From the NCBI GenBank assembly GCA_002404755.1, contig DHKI01000014.1, forward strand, positions 4,056 through 68,055: a DNA stretch of 64,000 nt, read 5' to 3'. This DNA comes from Clostridiales bacterium UBA4698 (GTDB lineage Bacteria; Bacillota; Clostridia; TANB77; UBA1234). The first letter of the stretch is position 1. Each line of letters opens with the position of its first letter. Below the pieces are notes generated by a model, which was given only the letters and a program-made list of their open reading frames with translations, searched no databases and was not told the origin of the DNA. This document shows, one piece after another, positions 18,341 to 28,817 of this stretch. The translations under genes were made by a program, and so were the position numbers.

Positions 18341-19384
18341 ATGATTGATACAGTAAAAATTTATACCCGTATTGATGAACATATTTATAAAATAATTCGT
18401 TTTAATTCTAACATAAAATGCATGTACAATAAAGCATCAGGTGAAGTTTTTTATGAGATTATAAACGATAGTCTTGAAGGTACATATGATAGTAGGCTTA
18501 GTGTTCGTGTTTTTAGTGGTTCTAAGTATGGATTTATATATAAAAATAGTTATTGTTTAGAGATTGAAGGTAGTTATCATAAAATAATGAAAGGGCAAAA
18601 TGCATTTAATGGTTATTATAGTATTCAAGAAATCACAAATGGTTTTATTACTCTAGTAGAAAATGCATATAATATTACTCTTCCTTCACTCAATCATTGG
18701 TTTTTATGCAGAGCAGATTTAACTAAATGTTTTGATTTATATAATCAAAATAATGTTTGCAAATATATAAATTCTTTAAGATATTTATCTTATCCGCGTA
18801 GAAATATAAAATTTTTTGAAAATGAAACATTATATTGTGCAGGAGATGTCAGCACTTTAAAAATATATAATAAGTATTTAGAATTTTGTAAAAATGACAA
18901 ATTTAAGGTTTCTAAGTTTACTAATATTTTTGATATAACAACAAAAATACAAGGTTTTGTTAGATTTGAATGTGAAATTAAAAAAAAGAAGTTAATGACA
19001 ATTTATAATAAAAAATATTTAAGAGTTACGTTGATTAATTATAAGGATTTAGAGAAAGTATGGAGTGATGAATTTATGAAGATATTAAAATTTGATAAAG
19101 AAACGTACGAACGTGTAAAAACTAAAGAAGAAGTTGTCGAAAGATTAAATAAAAATTTTAAAGCAGGAAAAGCTTTGAGATTGTACCAATTTTTTATAAC
19201 GATAATAAATGACGGATATAATGATGTGAAAAACAAGACTTCAAGTACTTCATTTTATAGAAATATAAGTGATTTAAAATCTGTTGGCATTGATTTTTCT
19301 CAGAATAATTTTGAAGAAATTCCCAGGCTAGATTTAAACAATATAATAGATTTTGATCCATTTGTTTGGCAGGAGGTTATCTGA
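18341..19384 (+). CDS. Rolling-circle replication initiator (phage CRI / gpII / Rep_trans-like)
   Basis: The pattern LCRADLTKCFDL, LKIYNKYLEF and VRFECEIKKKKL matches the RxDl / YxK / RxE blocks of this Rep class, as recalled. Confidence 0.65.
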   Translation: MIDTVKIYTRIDEHIYKIIRFNSNIKCMYNKASGEVFYEIINDSLEGTYDSRLSVRVFSGSKYGFIYKNSYCLEIEGSYHKIMKGQNAFNGYYSIQEITNGFITLVENAYNITLPSLNHWFLCRADLTKCFDLYNQNNVCKYINSLRYLSYPRRNIKFFENETLYCAGDVSTLKIYNKYLEFCKNDKFKVSKFTNIFDITTKIQGFVRFECEIKKKKLMTIYNKKYLRVTLINYKDLEKVWSDEFMKILKFDKETYERVKTKEEVVERLNKNFKAGKALRLYQFFITIINDGYNDVKNKTSSTSFYRNISDLKSVGIDFSQNNFEEIPRLDLNNIIDFDPFVWQEVI

Positions 19385-19385
19385 T

Positions 19386-19604
19386 ATGCTTAGTTATATA
19401 ATAACCTATAAAAATGGTAGCAGATTGGGTGCACTATGTACAGACTTTAGAATAAAAGACAATCTTTTGATTATAGAGGGGTATGACGACGTTAATTATG
19501 CAGATGGTCTGGAAAGAAAACATTGGATGTCAAGGGTTGAGTGGTCAGAAATAAAAGAATTTAAGGTAGAAGTTTTGACGGATGATGAAATAGATAACAT
19601 TTAA
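19386..19604 (+). CDS. Hypothetical 72-aa protein
   Basis: AGGAGG RBS. It lies between rep and int. Confidence 0.4.
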   Translation: MLSYIITYKNGSRLGALCTDFRIKDNLLIIEGYDDVNYADGLERKHWMSRVEWSEIKEFKVEVLTDDEIDNI

Positions 19605-19671
19605 AATATATCAGATAATAAAAAAATTATAAAAGAAAGCGATTACAATCCTATAGAATGGAAGTGATTTT

Positions 19672-20547
19672 ATGAGATTATCTAACGCATTAGATTTGTT
19701 TTTTAACGATTTAATTGTTAGAGGTATGCAAAAAGATACTATAAGAGCATATAAAACGCAAATAATGCCTTTTATTAAGTTTACAAACAATATTTGTATA
19801 GATAATATAAATTATGATACATATTGCGATTATATTCGTTTTTTAAGAAATAAAAATTTGAGCATGACAACAATACATACATATGCTAATTCATTAAAAG
19901 TATTTTTTAGATTTTTATATAAAAACTCTTATATGAAAGTTAATTTAGCTGATATTATTGTCCTTCCTCGTGCTTATAAAACAGAACCTAATATTTTAAA
20001 TCCAGATATTATTCTAAAAATAATAAATGAATATGATTTAACTGATATGATAGCTTGCAGAAATATTTTGATTTTAATATTAGCTTTTGATTGTGGACTT
20101 CGTCGTTCTGAGATTTGCAGGCTTAAAATAGAAGATTTCATGTTTGACAGTAATGTTTTTAAAGTATCTGGTAAAGGTAATAAGAATAGAATTGTGCCTA
20201 TTTCTGAAACATTAGCCTTTTATTTAGAAAAATATTTATCTTTTAGAGAGAATACAAACGGTCCATTATTATTAACAAAAGATGAAAAAGAGTTAACAAG
20301 CTATGCTCTCAGCTCATTATTCAGAAGAATTAAGAAAAAATATAAGCTAAGCAAGTTTAACCCACATTTGTTAAGACATAGTTATGCAACATTATTTTTA
20401 TTGAATGGTGGAGATTCACTCGCACTTCAAAGGCTTTTAGGTCACACAACGTTAACAATGACTAATAGATATGTGCATTTGGCACAAAGTTTAAAGATTG
20501 CAGAGCAAAAAAAATATAGCCCACTGACTAAAAATGGGCTACATTAA
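19672..20547 (+). CDS. Tyrosine recombinase / phage integrase (XerC/D-like)
   Basis: GLRRSEICRLK (catalytic Arg), HLLRHSYAT, LLGHTTLTMTNRYVH (H-x-x-R ... Y). It is adjacent to the tRNA. Confidence 0.9.
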   Translation: MRLSNALDLFFNDLIVRGMQKDTIRAYKTQIMPFIKFTNNICIDNINYDTYCDYIRFLRNKNLSMTTIHTYANSLKVFFRFLYKNSYMKVNLADIIVLPRAYKTEPNILNPDIILKIINEYDLTDMIACRNILILILAFDCGLRRSEICRLKIEDFMFDSNVFKVSGKGNKNRIVPISETLAFYLEKYLSFRENTNGPLLLTKDEKELTSYALSSLFRRIKKKYKLSKFNPHLLRHSYATLFLLNGGDSLALQRLLGHTTLTMTNRYVHLAQSLKIAEQKKYSPLTKNGLH

Positions 20548-20558
20548 ATCTTTAAAAC

Positions 20559-20637
<79 letters not shown>

Positions 20638-20648
20638 AACTACTATTT

Positions 20649-20676
20649 ATTATACAAGTTTAATCAATAAAAGCAA
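20649..20676 (-). promoter_or_regulatory. Putative sigma-A promoter of tRNA-Thr
   Basis: On the minus strand: TTGCTT (20671-76), a 16-nt spacer, then TATAAT (20649-54), about 12 nt before the tRNA 5' end. Confidence 0.4.
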
Positions 20677-20693
20677 GTGTTTTTTTCTTGCTT

Positions 20694-21008
20694 TTATGAA
20701 TTTTTATTTTCAGTTAAAATTGTACGTTTTTCTTCTTTTGGTTCAAGATTATTTTTATCATTTTGATTAGATAAAAATATATCTAATTTCCTAATTGTTC
20801 CAAGTTTAGCAATTTGAATTTCTATTATTAAAAGTATGACCACTGCTGGGAATAGTTCTATTAGTAATAAGCATATAAATAATCTAATTTCATTCAAAAA
20901 TACAGATACGCTTAAACATATCAGTGGAAGTATTGCAAAAAAAATTATTATATATATATTTAACAAAATTTCACATTTCTTTATTAATCTACTGTAATCA
21001 TCATTCAT
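20694..21008 (-). CDS. Small membrane protein, function unknown
   Basis: 104 aa with three hydrophobic helices. Confidence 0.45.
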   Translation of the reverse strand: MNDDYSRLIKKCEILLNIYIIIFFAILPLICLSVSVFLNEIRLFICLLLIELFPAVVILLIIEIQIAKLGTIRKLDIFLSNQNDKNNLEPKEEKRTILTENKNS

Positions 21009-21094
21009 ATTTCATTCTCCTTTTTCTTTTGTATGGTCAGACTTTTTTTAGAAAAGAGACAACCATCTTTTAAAATGATTGTCTCATACTTTCT

Positions 21095-22525
21095 TTATTT
21101 ATTCAACTCTTCTAATATCAATTTATTTAATATTTGTGGGTTTCCTTTGCCTTTCATTTCTTTCATGCATTGTCCTACTAAGAATCCAAGTGCTCTGTCT
21201 TTTCCTGCTTTATAATCTGCTATTGAACTAGGGTTTGCTGCCATTATTTTATCTACTACTTCTTTTATTGCTTTTTCATCTGATATTTGTACTAATCCTT
21301 TTTCGGCAACTATTTTTTCTGGGTCTTTTCCCTCTTCTACCATTACTTCAAATACTTCTTTTGCTATTTTGCTACTTATTGTTCCTTTGTCGATTAATTT
21401 TATTAACTCTGCAAGTTGTTTAGCTGTAAATGGCAATTCTGTATATTCTATTCCTTTTTCTTTTGCTATTCTTATTACATCTACCATTATCCAGTTGCTT
21501 ACTGCTTTTGCGTTACCGCATTCTTTTGTTGCCACTTCGAAAAAGTCTGATAATGCTTTTGATGATGTTATTATTCCAGCATCATAATCTGGCAATTTCA
21601 TTTCTTCTACATATCTTTTTCTTCTGCTTTCTGGTAGTTCTGGCAATGTGTCTTTTATGTTTTGTATATATTCTTCTGATAGGTTGATTGGCAACAAATC
21701 TGGTTCTGGGAAGTATCTATAGTCATGTGCATCTTCTTTTGTTCTCATTGCATATCCTTCGCCTTTTTCATCATCCCATCTTCTTGTTTCTTGATATATA
21801 ACTCCACCTGATTCTAATACTTCTTTTTGTCTTTCTATTTCAAATTGAATTGCTCTTGCTATTGCTCTAAATGAGTTTAAGTTCTTTGTTTCTGTTCTTG
21901 TACCAAATTTTTCTTGTCCAACTGGACGAAGTGAAAGGTTAACATCTGCACGAAGTGAGCCCTCTTGCATTTTACAATCTGATACTCCAATGTATTCTAA
22001 TATTCCTTTTAATTTTTCAACATATGCTACTGCATCTTCTGCCGATCTCATATCTGGCTCAGATACTATTTCTATTAGTGGTACGCATGCTCTGTTTAAA
22101 TCCACTAGTGTGCCACCTGTATAGTTATCGTGCACTAGTTTTCCTGCATCTTCTTCTATGTGTATTCTTGTTATTCCTATTTCTTTTTTCTTTCCATCTA
22201 CATCAACTTCCAATTTACCATGTTGGCATAATGGCAAGTCGAATTGTGATATTTGATAAGCTTTTGGCAAATCTGGATAGAAATAATTTTTTCTATCTTG
22301 CTTACTGTATCTAGCAATCTCACAATTTGTAGCTAAACCTGCTCTTACCGCATATTCAACTACTTTTTCATTTAATACAGGAAGTGCACCAGGCATACCT
22401 GTACATACTGGACAGCAATGAGTGTTTGGTGAACCACCAAATTCTGTTGTACATCCACAATATATTTTTGTCTTTGTTGAAAGCTCAGCATGAACTTCAA
22501 GTCCAATTATAACTTCATACTCCAT
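21095..22525 (-). CDS. gatB: Asp/Glu-tRNA amidotransferase subunit B
   Basis: YEVIIGLEVHAEL N-terminus, 476 aa, gatCAB gene order. Confidence 0.95.
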   Translation of the reverse strand: MEYEVIIGLEVHAELSTKTKIYCGCTTEFGGSPNTHCCPVCTGMPGALPVLNEKVVEYAVRAGLATNCEIARYSKQDRKNYFYPDLPKAYQISQFDLPLCQHGKLEVDVDGKKKEIGITRIHIEEDAGKLVHDNYTGGTLVDLNRACVPLIEIVSEPDMRSAEDAVAYVEKLKGILEYIGVSDCKMQEGSLRADVNLSLRPVGQEKFGTRTETKNLNSFRAIARAIQFEIERQKEVLESGGVIYQETRRWDDEKGEGYAMRTKEDAHDYRYFPEPDLLPINLSEEYIQNIKDTLPELPESRRKRYVEEMKLPDYDAGIITSSKALSDFFEVATKECGNAKAVSNWIMVDVIRIAKEKGIEYTELPFTAKQLAELIKLIDKGTISSKIAKEVFEVMVEEGKDPEKIVAEKGLVQISDEKAIKEVVDKIMAANPSSIADYKAGKDRALGFLVGQCMKEMKGKGNPQILNKLILEELNK

Positions 22526-22571
22526 TATATAATTCTCCTTTTCGTATATAAGTTTTTGTGTCTAATATATT

Positions 22572-24014
22572 TTAGTTATTTTTATTTTGTTCGAATGTAT
22601 ATGCAACTCTATACAAAGTCTCTTCATCAAAGTGCTTGCCTATAAGCTGCATTCCTATTGGCATTCCGTTTTTGTCTTCTTTGCACGGTACTGATATTGC
22701 TGGTACTCCTGCTATGTTTATTGGAACTGTAAGCAAATCTGCCATATACATTTGAAGTGGATCATTGATTTTTGAACCTATATCAAATGCTACTGTTGGT
22801 GCAGTTGGCGTTAGTAACACATCATATTTTGAAAAAGCATCTTCAAAATCTTTCTTTACTAATGTTCTTACTCTTTGAGCTTTTTTGTAATACGCATCAT
22901 AGTATCCTGAAGATAATACATAAGTTCCAAGTATTATTCTTCTCTTTACTTCTTCTCCAAAGCCCTCTGTTCTGCTATTTGCATATATATCATGTAAATT
23001 TTCATAATTTTTAGTTCTATATCCGTATCTTATTCCATCATATCTTCCAAGGTTTGAACTTGCTTCTGCACAAGCGATTATGTAGTATGTTGGAAGTGCA
23101 TATTTAGTTCTTGGAAGTGAACATTCTTCTACTGTAGCTCCAAGCTCTTTTAGTTTTTCTGCAACTTCTAATATTGCTTCTTTAACTTCTTTATCTACGC
23201 CATCTTCCATAAATTCTTTTGGCAAACCAACTTTCAAGCCCTTTACATCATTTACTAAAGATTTTGTATAATCTTTTACTTCAACATTTGCTGATGTTGA
23301 ATCGTGTGCATCGTGACCAGCTATTGCATTTAACAAAATCGCATTATCTGTAACATCTTTTGACATTGGACCGATTTGATCAAGTGATGATGCAAATGCT
23401 ACTAATCCATATCTTGAAACTAGTCCATATGTAGGTTTCATTCCTACTATTCCACAGAAAGATGCTGGTTCCCTAATTGAACCACCAGTGTCACTTCCAA
23501 GTGTAATTGGTGTCATATCAGCTTTAACAGCAGCTGCACTACCACCTGATGAACCTCCTGGAACTTTATTTAAGTTTACCGGATTCTTGGTTGTGAAAAA
23601 TGCTGAATTTTCAGTAGAACCACCCATTGCAAATTCATCCATGTTTAGCTTTCCAAGTATTATTGCATGCTCTTTTTCTAATTTTTCTATAACAGTAGCA
23701 TCATAAGGTGACACAAAGTTTTCTAACATTTTTGATGCACATGTTGTTTTTATTCCTCTTGTACATATGTTATCTTTTATTCCTATTGGAATTCCTGCAA
23801 GACTGCCAAGTTTTTCGCCTTTATCGAATAAAGCTTGTACCTCTTCTGCTTTTTTTAATGCTTCTTCTTCGCACACTGTTATATATGCTTTTATGCTATC
23901 ATCTTTCTCTTTTATTTTATCTAAAAAAGCCTTTACAACTTCTGGCACTGTTATTTCTTTTTTATCGTACATTTCACGAATTTCGTGAGCTGTTAATTCA
24001 CATATATTCTTCAT
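22572..24014 (-). CDS. gatA: Glu-tRNA(Gln) amidotransferase subunit A
   Basis: Amidase signature [11 protein letters not shown] with [12 protein letters not shown]. Confidence 0.95.
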   Translation of the reverse strand: MKNICELTAHEIREMYDKKEITVPEVVKAFLDKIKEKDDSIKAYITVCEEEALKKAEEVQALFDKGEKLGSLAGIPIGIKDNICTRGIKTTCASKMLENFVSPYDATVIEKLEKEHAIILGKLNMDEFAMGGSTENSAFFTTKNPVNLNKVPGGSSGGSAAAVKADMTPITLGSDTGGSIREPASFCGIVGMKPTYGLVSRYGLVAFASSLDQIGPMSKDVTDNAILLNAIAGHDAHDSTSANVEVKDYTKSLVNDVKGLKVGLPKEFMEDGVDKEVKEAILEVAEKLKELGATVEECSLPRTKYALPTYYIIACAEASSNLGRYDGIRYGYRTKNYENLHDIYANSRTEGFGEEVKRRIILGTYVLSSGYYDAYYKKAQRVRTLVKKDFEDAFSKYDVLLTPTAPTVAFDIGSKINDPLQMYMADLLTVPINIAGVPAISVPCKEDKNGMPIGMQLIGKHFDEETLYRVAYTFEQNKNN

Positions 24015-24040
24015 GTATTTTTAGTCCTTTCTTTTTATAT

Positions 24041-24328
24041 TTATTCCATCATGCTAGGAAGCGAATATGCTTCACCATTGCTACTTGGTGCATTCTTTAA
24101 AAGCTCATCTCTATCAAAAGATTCTTTAACTTCATCTTTTCTAAAAACATTGCACATATTACTTGCAAATGCTGATTCTTCTATTCCATCTGTATCAAGC
24201 TCGTTTATTTTATTGGCAAAACCAACGATTTCTTCCATGCTAGCTCTATATTTTTCAATCTCTGTTTCAGATAAGTTTAGCATGCTTAGTTTTGCTATAT
24301 GTTCTATATCTTCTTTTTTGATACTCAT
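24041..24328 (-). CDS. gatC: Asp/Glu-tRNA amidotransferase subunit C
   Basis: 95 aa, located directly upstream of gatA. Confidence 0.9.
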   Translation of the reverse strand: MSIKKEDIEHIAKLSMLNLSETEIEKYRASMEEIVGFANKINELDTDGIEESAFASNMCNVFRKDEVKESFDRDELLKNAPSSNGEAYSLPSMME

Positions 24329-24367
24329 TTATATCATTCCTCTCTATATTAGTTACTTTTCTCGCTA

Positions 24368-24396
24368 ATTATATACTTTTTACTCTTTTTGGTCAA
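24368..24396 (-). promoter_or_regulatory. Sigma-A promoter of gatCAB
   Basis: On the minus strand: TTGACC (24391-96), a 17-nt spacer, then TATAAT (24368-73), about 40 nt upstream of the gatC ATG. Confidence 0.55.
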
Positions 24397-24601
24397 GTAA
24401 GCATGGAATATATTTATGTAAATTTCATTTTTATAGTATTTCACTAACTTCTTAGATTAGATACCTCAAAACTAAAATAATAATATCTACCTAAAACACG
24501 TTTAACAATGATGCCGAGAAAAAATTTACTTAGCAGTACAAAAAATGCAACATTGACTTTTTATACTAATTCACAAAACAACATAATAAAAACATAAAGA
24601 A

Positions 24602-24639
24602 AATAGGATTCGAATCGGCATTTTGCTTCGAATCCTATT
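24602..24639 (-). terminator. Terminator downstream of rsgA
   Basis: aataggattcgaa (24602-14) pairs with ttcgaatcctatt (24627-39). A T-rich run follows on the minus strand. Confidence 0.5.
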
Positions 24640-24698
24640 CGTTATTGTAAAAAACTTAGTCCTAGAATTTCAACAAACAAAATTTATTCTAAAACAAA

Positions 24699-25775
24699 CT
24701 ATATTTCTAAATCTTCTTTATTTTTGTCTTTTACAACGTCCTTCAATATTCTTATATAACTCTCATAACGTTCTCTCGTTATTATACCAGCTTTAGCCGC
24801 TTGTTTTACCATGCATGCATCTAATGGTTCCCTGTAATGTAAGCAATTGGAGTATTTACATCGACATCCCCAATCACTAAATTCTGAAAAATATTCTTTT
24901 ATTTCATTTGGTTTAAAGTCAGAAACGTCAAGACTTCTTATACCTGGAGTATCTATAACTGAAGACTTTTCATCCCACACATAATATTTTGATGTTGTAG
25001 TTGTATGCCTACCTTTTCCACTTTTTTCACTCACATGTGATGTTTCTATTTCATCAAATCCCATTAAAGCATTAGTTAAAGATGACTTTCCAACACCGCT
25101 ATGGCCAACAAATATAGCTCTTTTCCCCCTTAAAAGTTTTTTTAGTTCTTCTATTCCTATATTTTCTTTAACTGATGTTTCGAAAATCGGAATTTTAAGT
25201 TTTCGATAAATATCTAAAATTTCTTCATCCTTTTCACTTTTCAAATCCGATTTATTAAGGCAAATAGAGCATGGAATTTCGTTATTTTGTAGAATCATTA
25301 AATATCTATCAATAAACTTAGGATGCAACGGCGGGGTTTGCGCTGACACAACTATAACTGCCATATCTATATTTGTGGCAATTATATGGTTACTACCTAC
25401 ATTTGTTCCATTACGAGTACCATCTTTTTTTATTCGTGACAAAACATTTTTTCTTTCTATCAAATTATTTATACAATATTCATTTGACTGTTCCTTATGT
25501 ATTACTACAACATCTCCAGGAAATACTGTTTGGTTACAAACTGCATTAATCTCTTTTTTTAGGTGAGCACTAATCAAATCTCCTTTATATAGAACAGTAG
25601 CATCATTATACCTAGTTTCAATAACTATGCCTGTGTCTTCTATAGTTTTCTTTATGACAAACTGAGAATCTAGTTCTTCTATCTTTGTTCTATCTGCACT
25701 TTTCGCCTTAGCTCTTTCCTTCTTCTCCTTAGATTTCTTAGTTTGAGTACTTTCATATCCTTCATAATGAGGCAT
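24699..25775 (-). CDS. rsgA: Ribosome small-subunit-dependent GTPase A
   Basis: Circularly permuted GTPase order NKSD ... GHSGVGKSSL ... DTPG. C-terminal Zn motif CRCKYSNCLHYREPLDAC. Confidence 0.85.
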   Translation of the reverse strand: MPHYEGYESTQTKKSKEKKERAKAKSADRTKIEELDSQFVIKKTIEDTGIVIETRYNDATVLYKGDLISAHLKKEINAVCNQTVFPGDVVVIHKEQSNEYCINNLIERKNVLSRIKKDGTRNGTNVGSNHIIATNIDMAVIVVSAQTPPLHPKFIDRYLMILQNNEIPCSICLNKSDLKSEKDEEILDIYRKLKIPIFETSVKENIGIEELKKLLRGKRAIFVGHSGVGKSSLTNALMGFDEIETSHVSEKSGKGRHTTTTSKYYVWDEKSSVIDTPGIRSLDVSDFKPNEIKEYFSEFSDWGCRCKYSNCLHYREPLDACMVKQAAKAGIITRERYESYIRILKDVVKDKNKEDLEI

Positions 25776-26059
25776 ATTATATTCTCTCCTTCCATAATAA
25801 TTTATTTAAATCAGAAGGTGTATCAATTCCTTCATCCAAATCATAATGGCTAAACTAACTGCAGAACATGATTAAAAAGATATATAAATTTACTTATCAT
25901 ACAATATTAGTTTAAAACTAAACAAGTACTAGAGATAATCAAATGTGCCAAAATAATGATACCACAATAGAGAAAAAATTCAAGCAAATAACTCATAATA
26001 AAAAACATAAATTATCTATATTTATTTAACACATACAGTATAATTCGCATTATAACAAA

Positions 26060-26098
26060 ACAAAAAGTGTGAAAATACTTTTTTCTGTACTTTCACAC
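26060..26098 (-). terminator. Terminator downstream of the DUF4435-like gene
   Basis: gtgtgaaa (26067-74) pairs with tttcacac (26091-98). T-runs flank the stem on both strands. Confidence 0.5.
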
Positions 26099-26106
26099 CT
26101 TTTTTA

Positions 26107-26844
26107 CTAGCCAATAACTGGCAAGTAGAATCTCGCGACTTTTACTATATCTGTAGCAATGTTTGCGTCGTCAAGCAGTTTTCCGATGAAATTATAATAT
26201 TCTTGTCTGCCGTTGATATAAAGTCCTGCTGCCACTATGTTTGCAACCGACTTGTCCCTATATGCATATAAGCAACTGCTTGCATTTACTGTCTTTTCTA
26301 TAGTAGTTCCGTCTTCCTTTTTTATTGATACCGACACGGATTCAATCGCTTCATCTCTTGTAAGTCCGACGTTCACTGGAAAAGCGTCTTTTATTTTGTT
26401 TGCTATCGCACTAAGGAGTATCTGATTTATCGATTTTATCGTCTTACGATAGTCGAGGTCAAGGTGCTTGCAAAGTATCTTGATTATCTCTGGCGTACAT
26501 ATGATATTTTCGATAAATGGTAATTTAGTGCAATACACACCCTCATTAACTCGCATTTCCTTTATTTTGCGTTTAGAATTCGAATCGCGGTCAATCAAGC
26601 CGAATACTTCTATTCCTTCGTTCCTTTTTCTTATGCTACGTAAAAGTTTAGTCACATCTGTCCAGCCTCCAACTGGTATAACCAGAAGTGGAGGATAAAC
26701 TTTCGAATATAGCTTAGCATCTAAGCTATTCATTTCGCCCTCACAAAGTAGTATGCCATAGTACTTTTCTTCATCATACCTCTCATCGATTATCTGGCAT
26801 ATTTCCTTAATTGCAAGTTTCCGAACATCAGACGAGCCAATCAT
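26107..26844 (-). CDS. DUF4435 / OLD-Toprim-like protein (AriB-like), without an ATPase partner
   Basis: A Toprim-like acidic Glu in LLCEGEMNSLD and a DxD in FGLIDRDSNS. 245 aa. Confidence 0.6.
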   Translation of the reverse strand: MIGSSDVRKLAIKEICQIIDERYDEEKYYGILLCEGEMNSLDAKLYSKVYPPLLVIPVGGWTDVTKLLRSIRKRNEGIEVFGLIDRDSNSKRKIKEMRVNEGVYCTKLPFIENIICTPEIIKILCKHLDLDYRKTIKSINQILLSAIANKIKDAFPVNVGLTRDEAIESVSVSIKKEDGTTIEKTVNASSCLYAYRDKSVANIVAAGLYINGRQEYYNFIGKLLDDANIATDIVKVARFYLPVIG

Positions 26845-27019
26845 ATAGCAAACCTCCTAAAGTTTTATTTGGTACCTATATAACTTCTTCACACAATTCC
26901 ACTTTAACATAGTACAAAAATAAAATCAATTTTTATTTTTGCTGTAACACATTTTTATATTCAGAATATTATATACCATAGCTAATAAAAAACATATTTA
27001 AAAAGGAGGTCTACTAAAA

Positions 27020-27184
27020 ATGGGAAACTTTCTAAGAAATTTCGGTTGCAACAATGACGATGAAATATTATGGTTTTTGATTTTATTCTTATTACTTTTC
27101 TGGAATGGATGCGGTAACAGAAACAATAACAATTCTGATTGTTCATGTAATAACAATGGCTGCATTAATACATGTAATTGTTAG
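27020..27184 (+). CDS. Tiny Cys/Asn-rich peptide with a hydrophobic core (54 aa)
   Basis: Sequence MGNFLRNFGCNNDDEILWFLILFLLLFWNGCGNRNNNNSDCSCNNNGCINTCNC with an AAAGGAGG RBS. Confidence 0.5.
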   Translation: MGNFLRNFGCNNDDEILWFLILFLLLFWNGCGNRNNNNSDCSCNNNGCINTCNC

Positions 27185-27215
27185 TACTTAACTATATTTG
27201 AAAGGGGGTTTTTTT

Positions 27216-27341
27216 ATGTCAGACAGAGGAGGATGCTTCGGCGGATGTGATGATCTTCTATGGATTATAATCCTAATATTCATCATTTGTTGCTGCTGTG
27301 GCGGAAATGATGGTCGTAGAGGAATTGGATGCGGATGCTAA
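27216..27341 (+). CDS. Tiny Cys/Gly-rich peptide with a hydrophobic core (41 aa), paralogue of the preceding gene
   Basis: Sequence MSDRGGCFGGCDDLLWIIILIFIICCCCGGNDGRRGIGCGC with an AAGGGGG RBS. It shares the GC..DD.LW-hydrophobic layout. Confidence 0.5.
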   Translation: MSDRGGCFGGCDDLLWIIILIFIICCCCGGNDGRRGIGCGC

Positions 27342-27373
27342 TTAAGTACATCATTATTTAATTTCTTGAGACG

Positions 27374-27412
27374 AAAAAACACCCTCATCTTTTCAGATAA
27401 GGGTGTTTTATT
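27374..27412. terminator. Bidirectional terminator between the tiny-peptide genes and cdaA
   Basis: aaaacaccct (27376-85) pairs with agggtgtttt (27400-09). A- and T-runs lie on both sides. Confidence 0.6.
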
Positions 27413-27415
27413 ATT

Positions 27416-28309
27416 TTATTTTCTGTTTACTGTTTCACTGTTCTTTTTAAAATGTTGCATGAACTGTGTTTTAACAGGTTTTGCTTTTATTTCTAATCTT
27501 CTAACTAGTTCTTTCGTCAACGTTTCAGCTTTCATACCTGTTATTATCTTTCCATCAACAACTAAAGATATATTTCCAGTTTCTTCAGACACTACCACTA
27601 TAACCGCGTCTGATTGCTCTGACATTCCTATTGCTGCTCTATGTCTAGTGCCATATTGTCTATCCAAATTTTCTTTATCCGTTATTGGTAAAATGCACGA
27701 TGCTGCTACAATCTTATTATTTCTTATTATTACTGCTCCATCATGTAAAGGCGTATCTGGAACAAATATATTTCTTAAAAGTTCTTGAGATACCAATGAA
27801 TCAAGCTGAACTCCAGTACGTGCAATTTCTGTCAGTTTCATCTCTCTTTCAAATACAATCAGAGCTCCAACTTTTTCCTTCGACATTCTTTCTGCAGCTT
27901 CAACTACTTCTTTAACGCAACTTGTAGGGTCTTCTTGATTTTCCGTCTCGAATATATCTTTAATTCCTTTGCTACCTATTTGCTCCAAAGTCTTTCTAAG
28001 TTCTGGTTGAAATATTACTATAAACATTATAACACCATATGTCATCACTGAACTTAATATATAATGAAGTATATCTAATCCTAAAAATTCACTAAGTTTA
28101 GTTGCGATTATTAATATTGCTATACCTTTAAATAGTTGCATAGCTCTCGTATTTTTTACGGCTTTTAAAAGCTTAAAAATTAAATACGCAACAATTGATA
28201 AATCGATAGCTAAAATTACAATCTTTATTGGATAGGTCGCTAATACATTAAAATAACTAAGTATATTTTCTTTAAAAAATATTGCAAATGATTCTTGAAT
28301 TGTTCTCAT
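27416..28309 (-). CDS. cdaA: Diadenylate cyclase (membrane-bound CdaA/DacA type)
   Basis: Three N-terminal TM helices and a DisA_N domain with GALIVFE, PLHDGAVII and GTRHRAAIG. Confidence 0.9.
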   Translation of the reverse strand: MRTIQESFAIFFKENILSYFNVLATYPIKIVILAIDLSIVAYLIFKLLKAVKNTRAMQLFKGIAILIIATKLSEFLGLDILHYILSSVMTYGVIMFIVIFQPELRKTLEQIGSKGIKDIFETENQEDPTSCVKEVVEAAERMSKEKVGALIVFEREMKLTEIARTGVQLDSLVSQELLRNIFVPDTPLHDGAVIIRNNKIVAASCILPITDKENLDRQYGTRHRAAIGMSEQSDAVIVVVSEETGNISLVVDGKIITGMKAETLTKELVRRLEIKAKPVKTQFMQHFKKNSETVNRK

Positions 28310-28338
28310 ATACCACTCCTATATCCTCTTATATAACA

Positions 28339-28437
28339 TTATCTATAAAACAATAATGAAATTAGTGTTGGAATCACGCATAATACTGCTAAAATCAAAC
28401 ACATAACTCTACACATATTTTTAGTCTTTGGTTTCAT
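28339..28437 (-). CDS. Possible 32-aa membrane peptide upstream of cdaA
   Basis: Sequence MKPKTKNMCRVMCLILAVLCVIPTLISLLFYR, with an AAGGAGG RBS 10 nt upstream. Confidence 0.25.
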   Translation of the reverse strand: MKPKTKNMCRVMCLILAVLCVIPTLISLLFYR

Positions 28438-28566
28438 AATCAACATTCCTCCTTAAACTCTTATACCTATATCTTAATTAAATTGCGTATTAAAGTCAAT
28501 ACACAAAATTAACCTTTTGACAAAAAAAAATACCAAAACAATGATATCTCAAAGCCTTGATATTTT

Positions 28567-28654
28567 TGGTGCACGAGACCGGAATCGAACCGGTACGCCT
28601 TATTAGGGCGCAGGATTTTAAGTCCTGTGCGTCTGCCTGTTCCGCCACTCGTGC
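28567..28654 (-). tRNA. tRNA-Leu (anticodon UAA)
   Basis: The reverse complement is GCACGAGTGGCGGAA...CAGGA-CTTAAAA-TCCTG. It has a long variable arm, a GGTTCGATTCC T-arm and an encoded CCA. Confidence 0.9.
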
Positions 28655-28817
28655 ATTGCGAACTTGCAAGATTTATATTAACATTTTGCTTGTACTTTGT
28701 CAACAATTTTTATAAAAATTTATCAAAATATCTTTTTATAACCTGTGATTATGTATTTATCAACAAAAATTGAAGCGAGCCACCAAAAATAGTAACTCAC
28801 TTCAATAAAGTATTTTC

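Noticed and set aside
28509-28706. 65-aa ORF on the minus strand.
   Set aside because: It is made up almost entirely of the tRNA-Leu(UAA) gene sequence (28567-28654).
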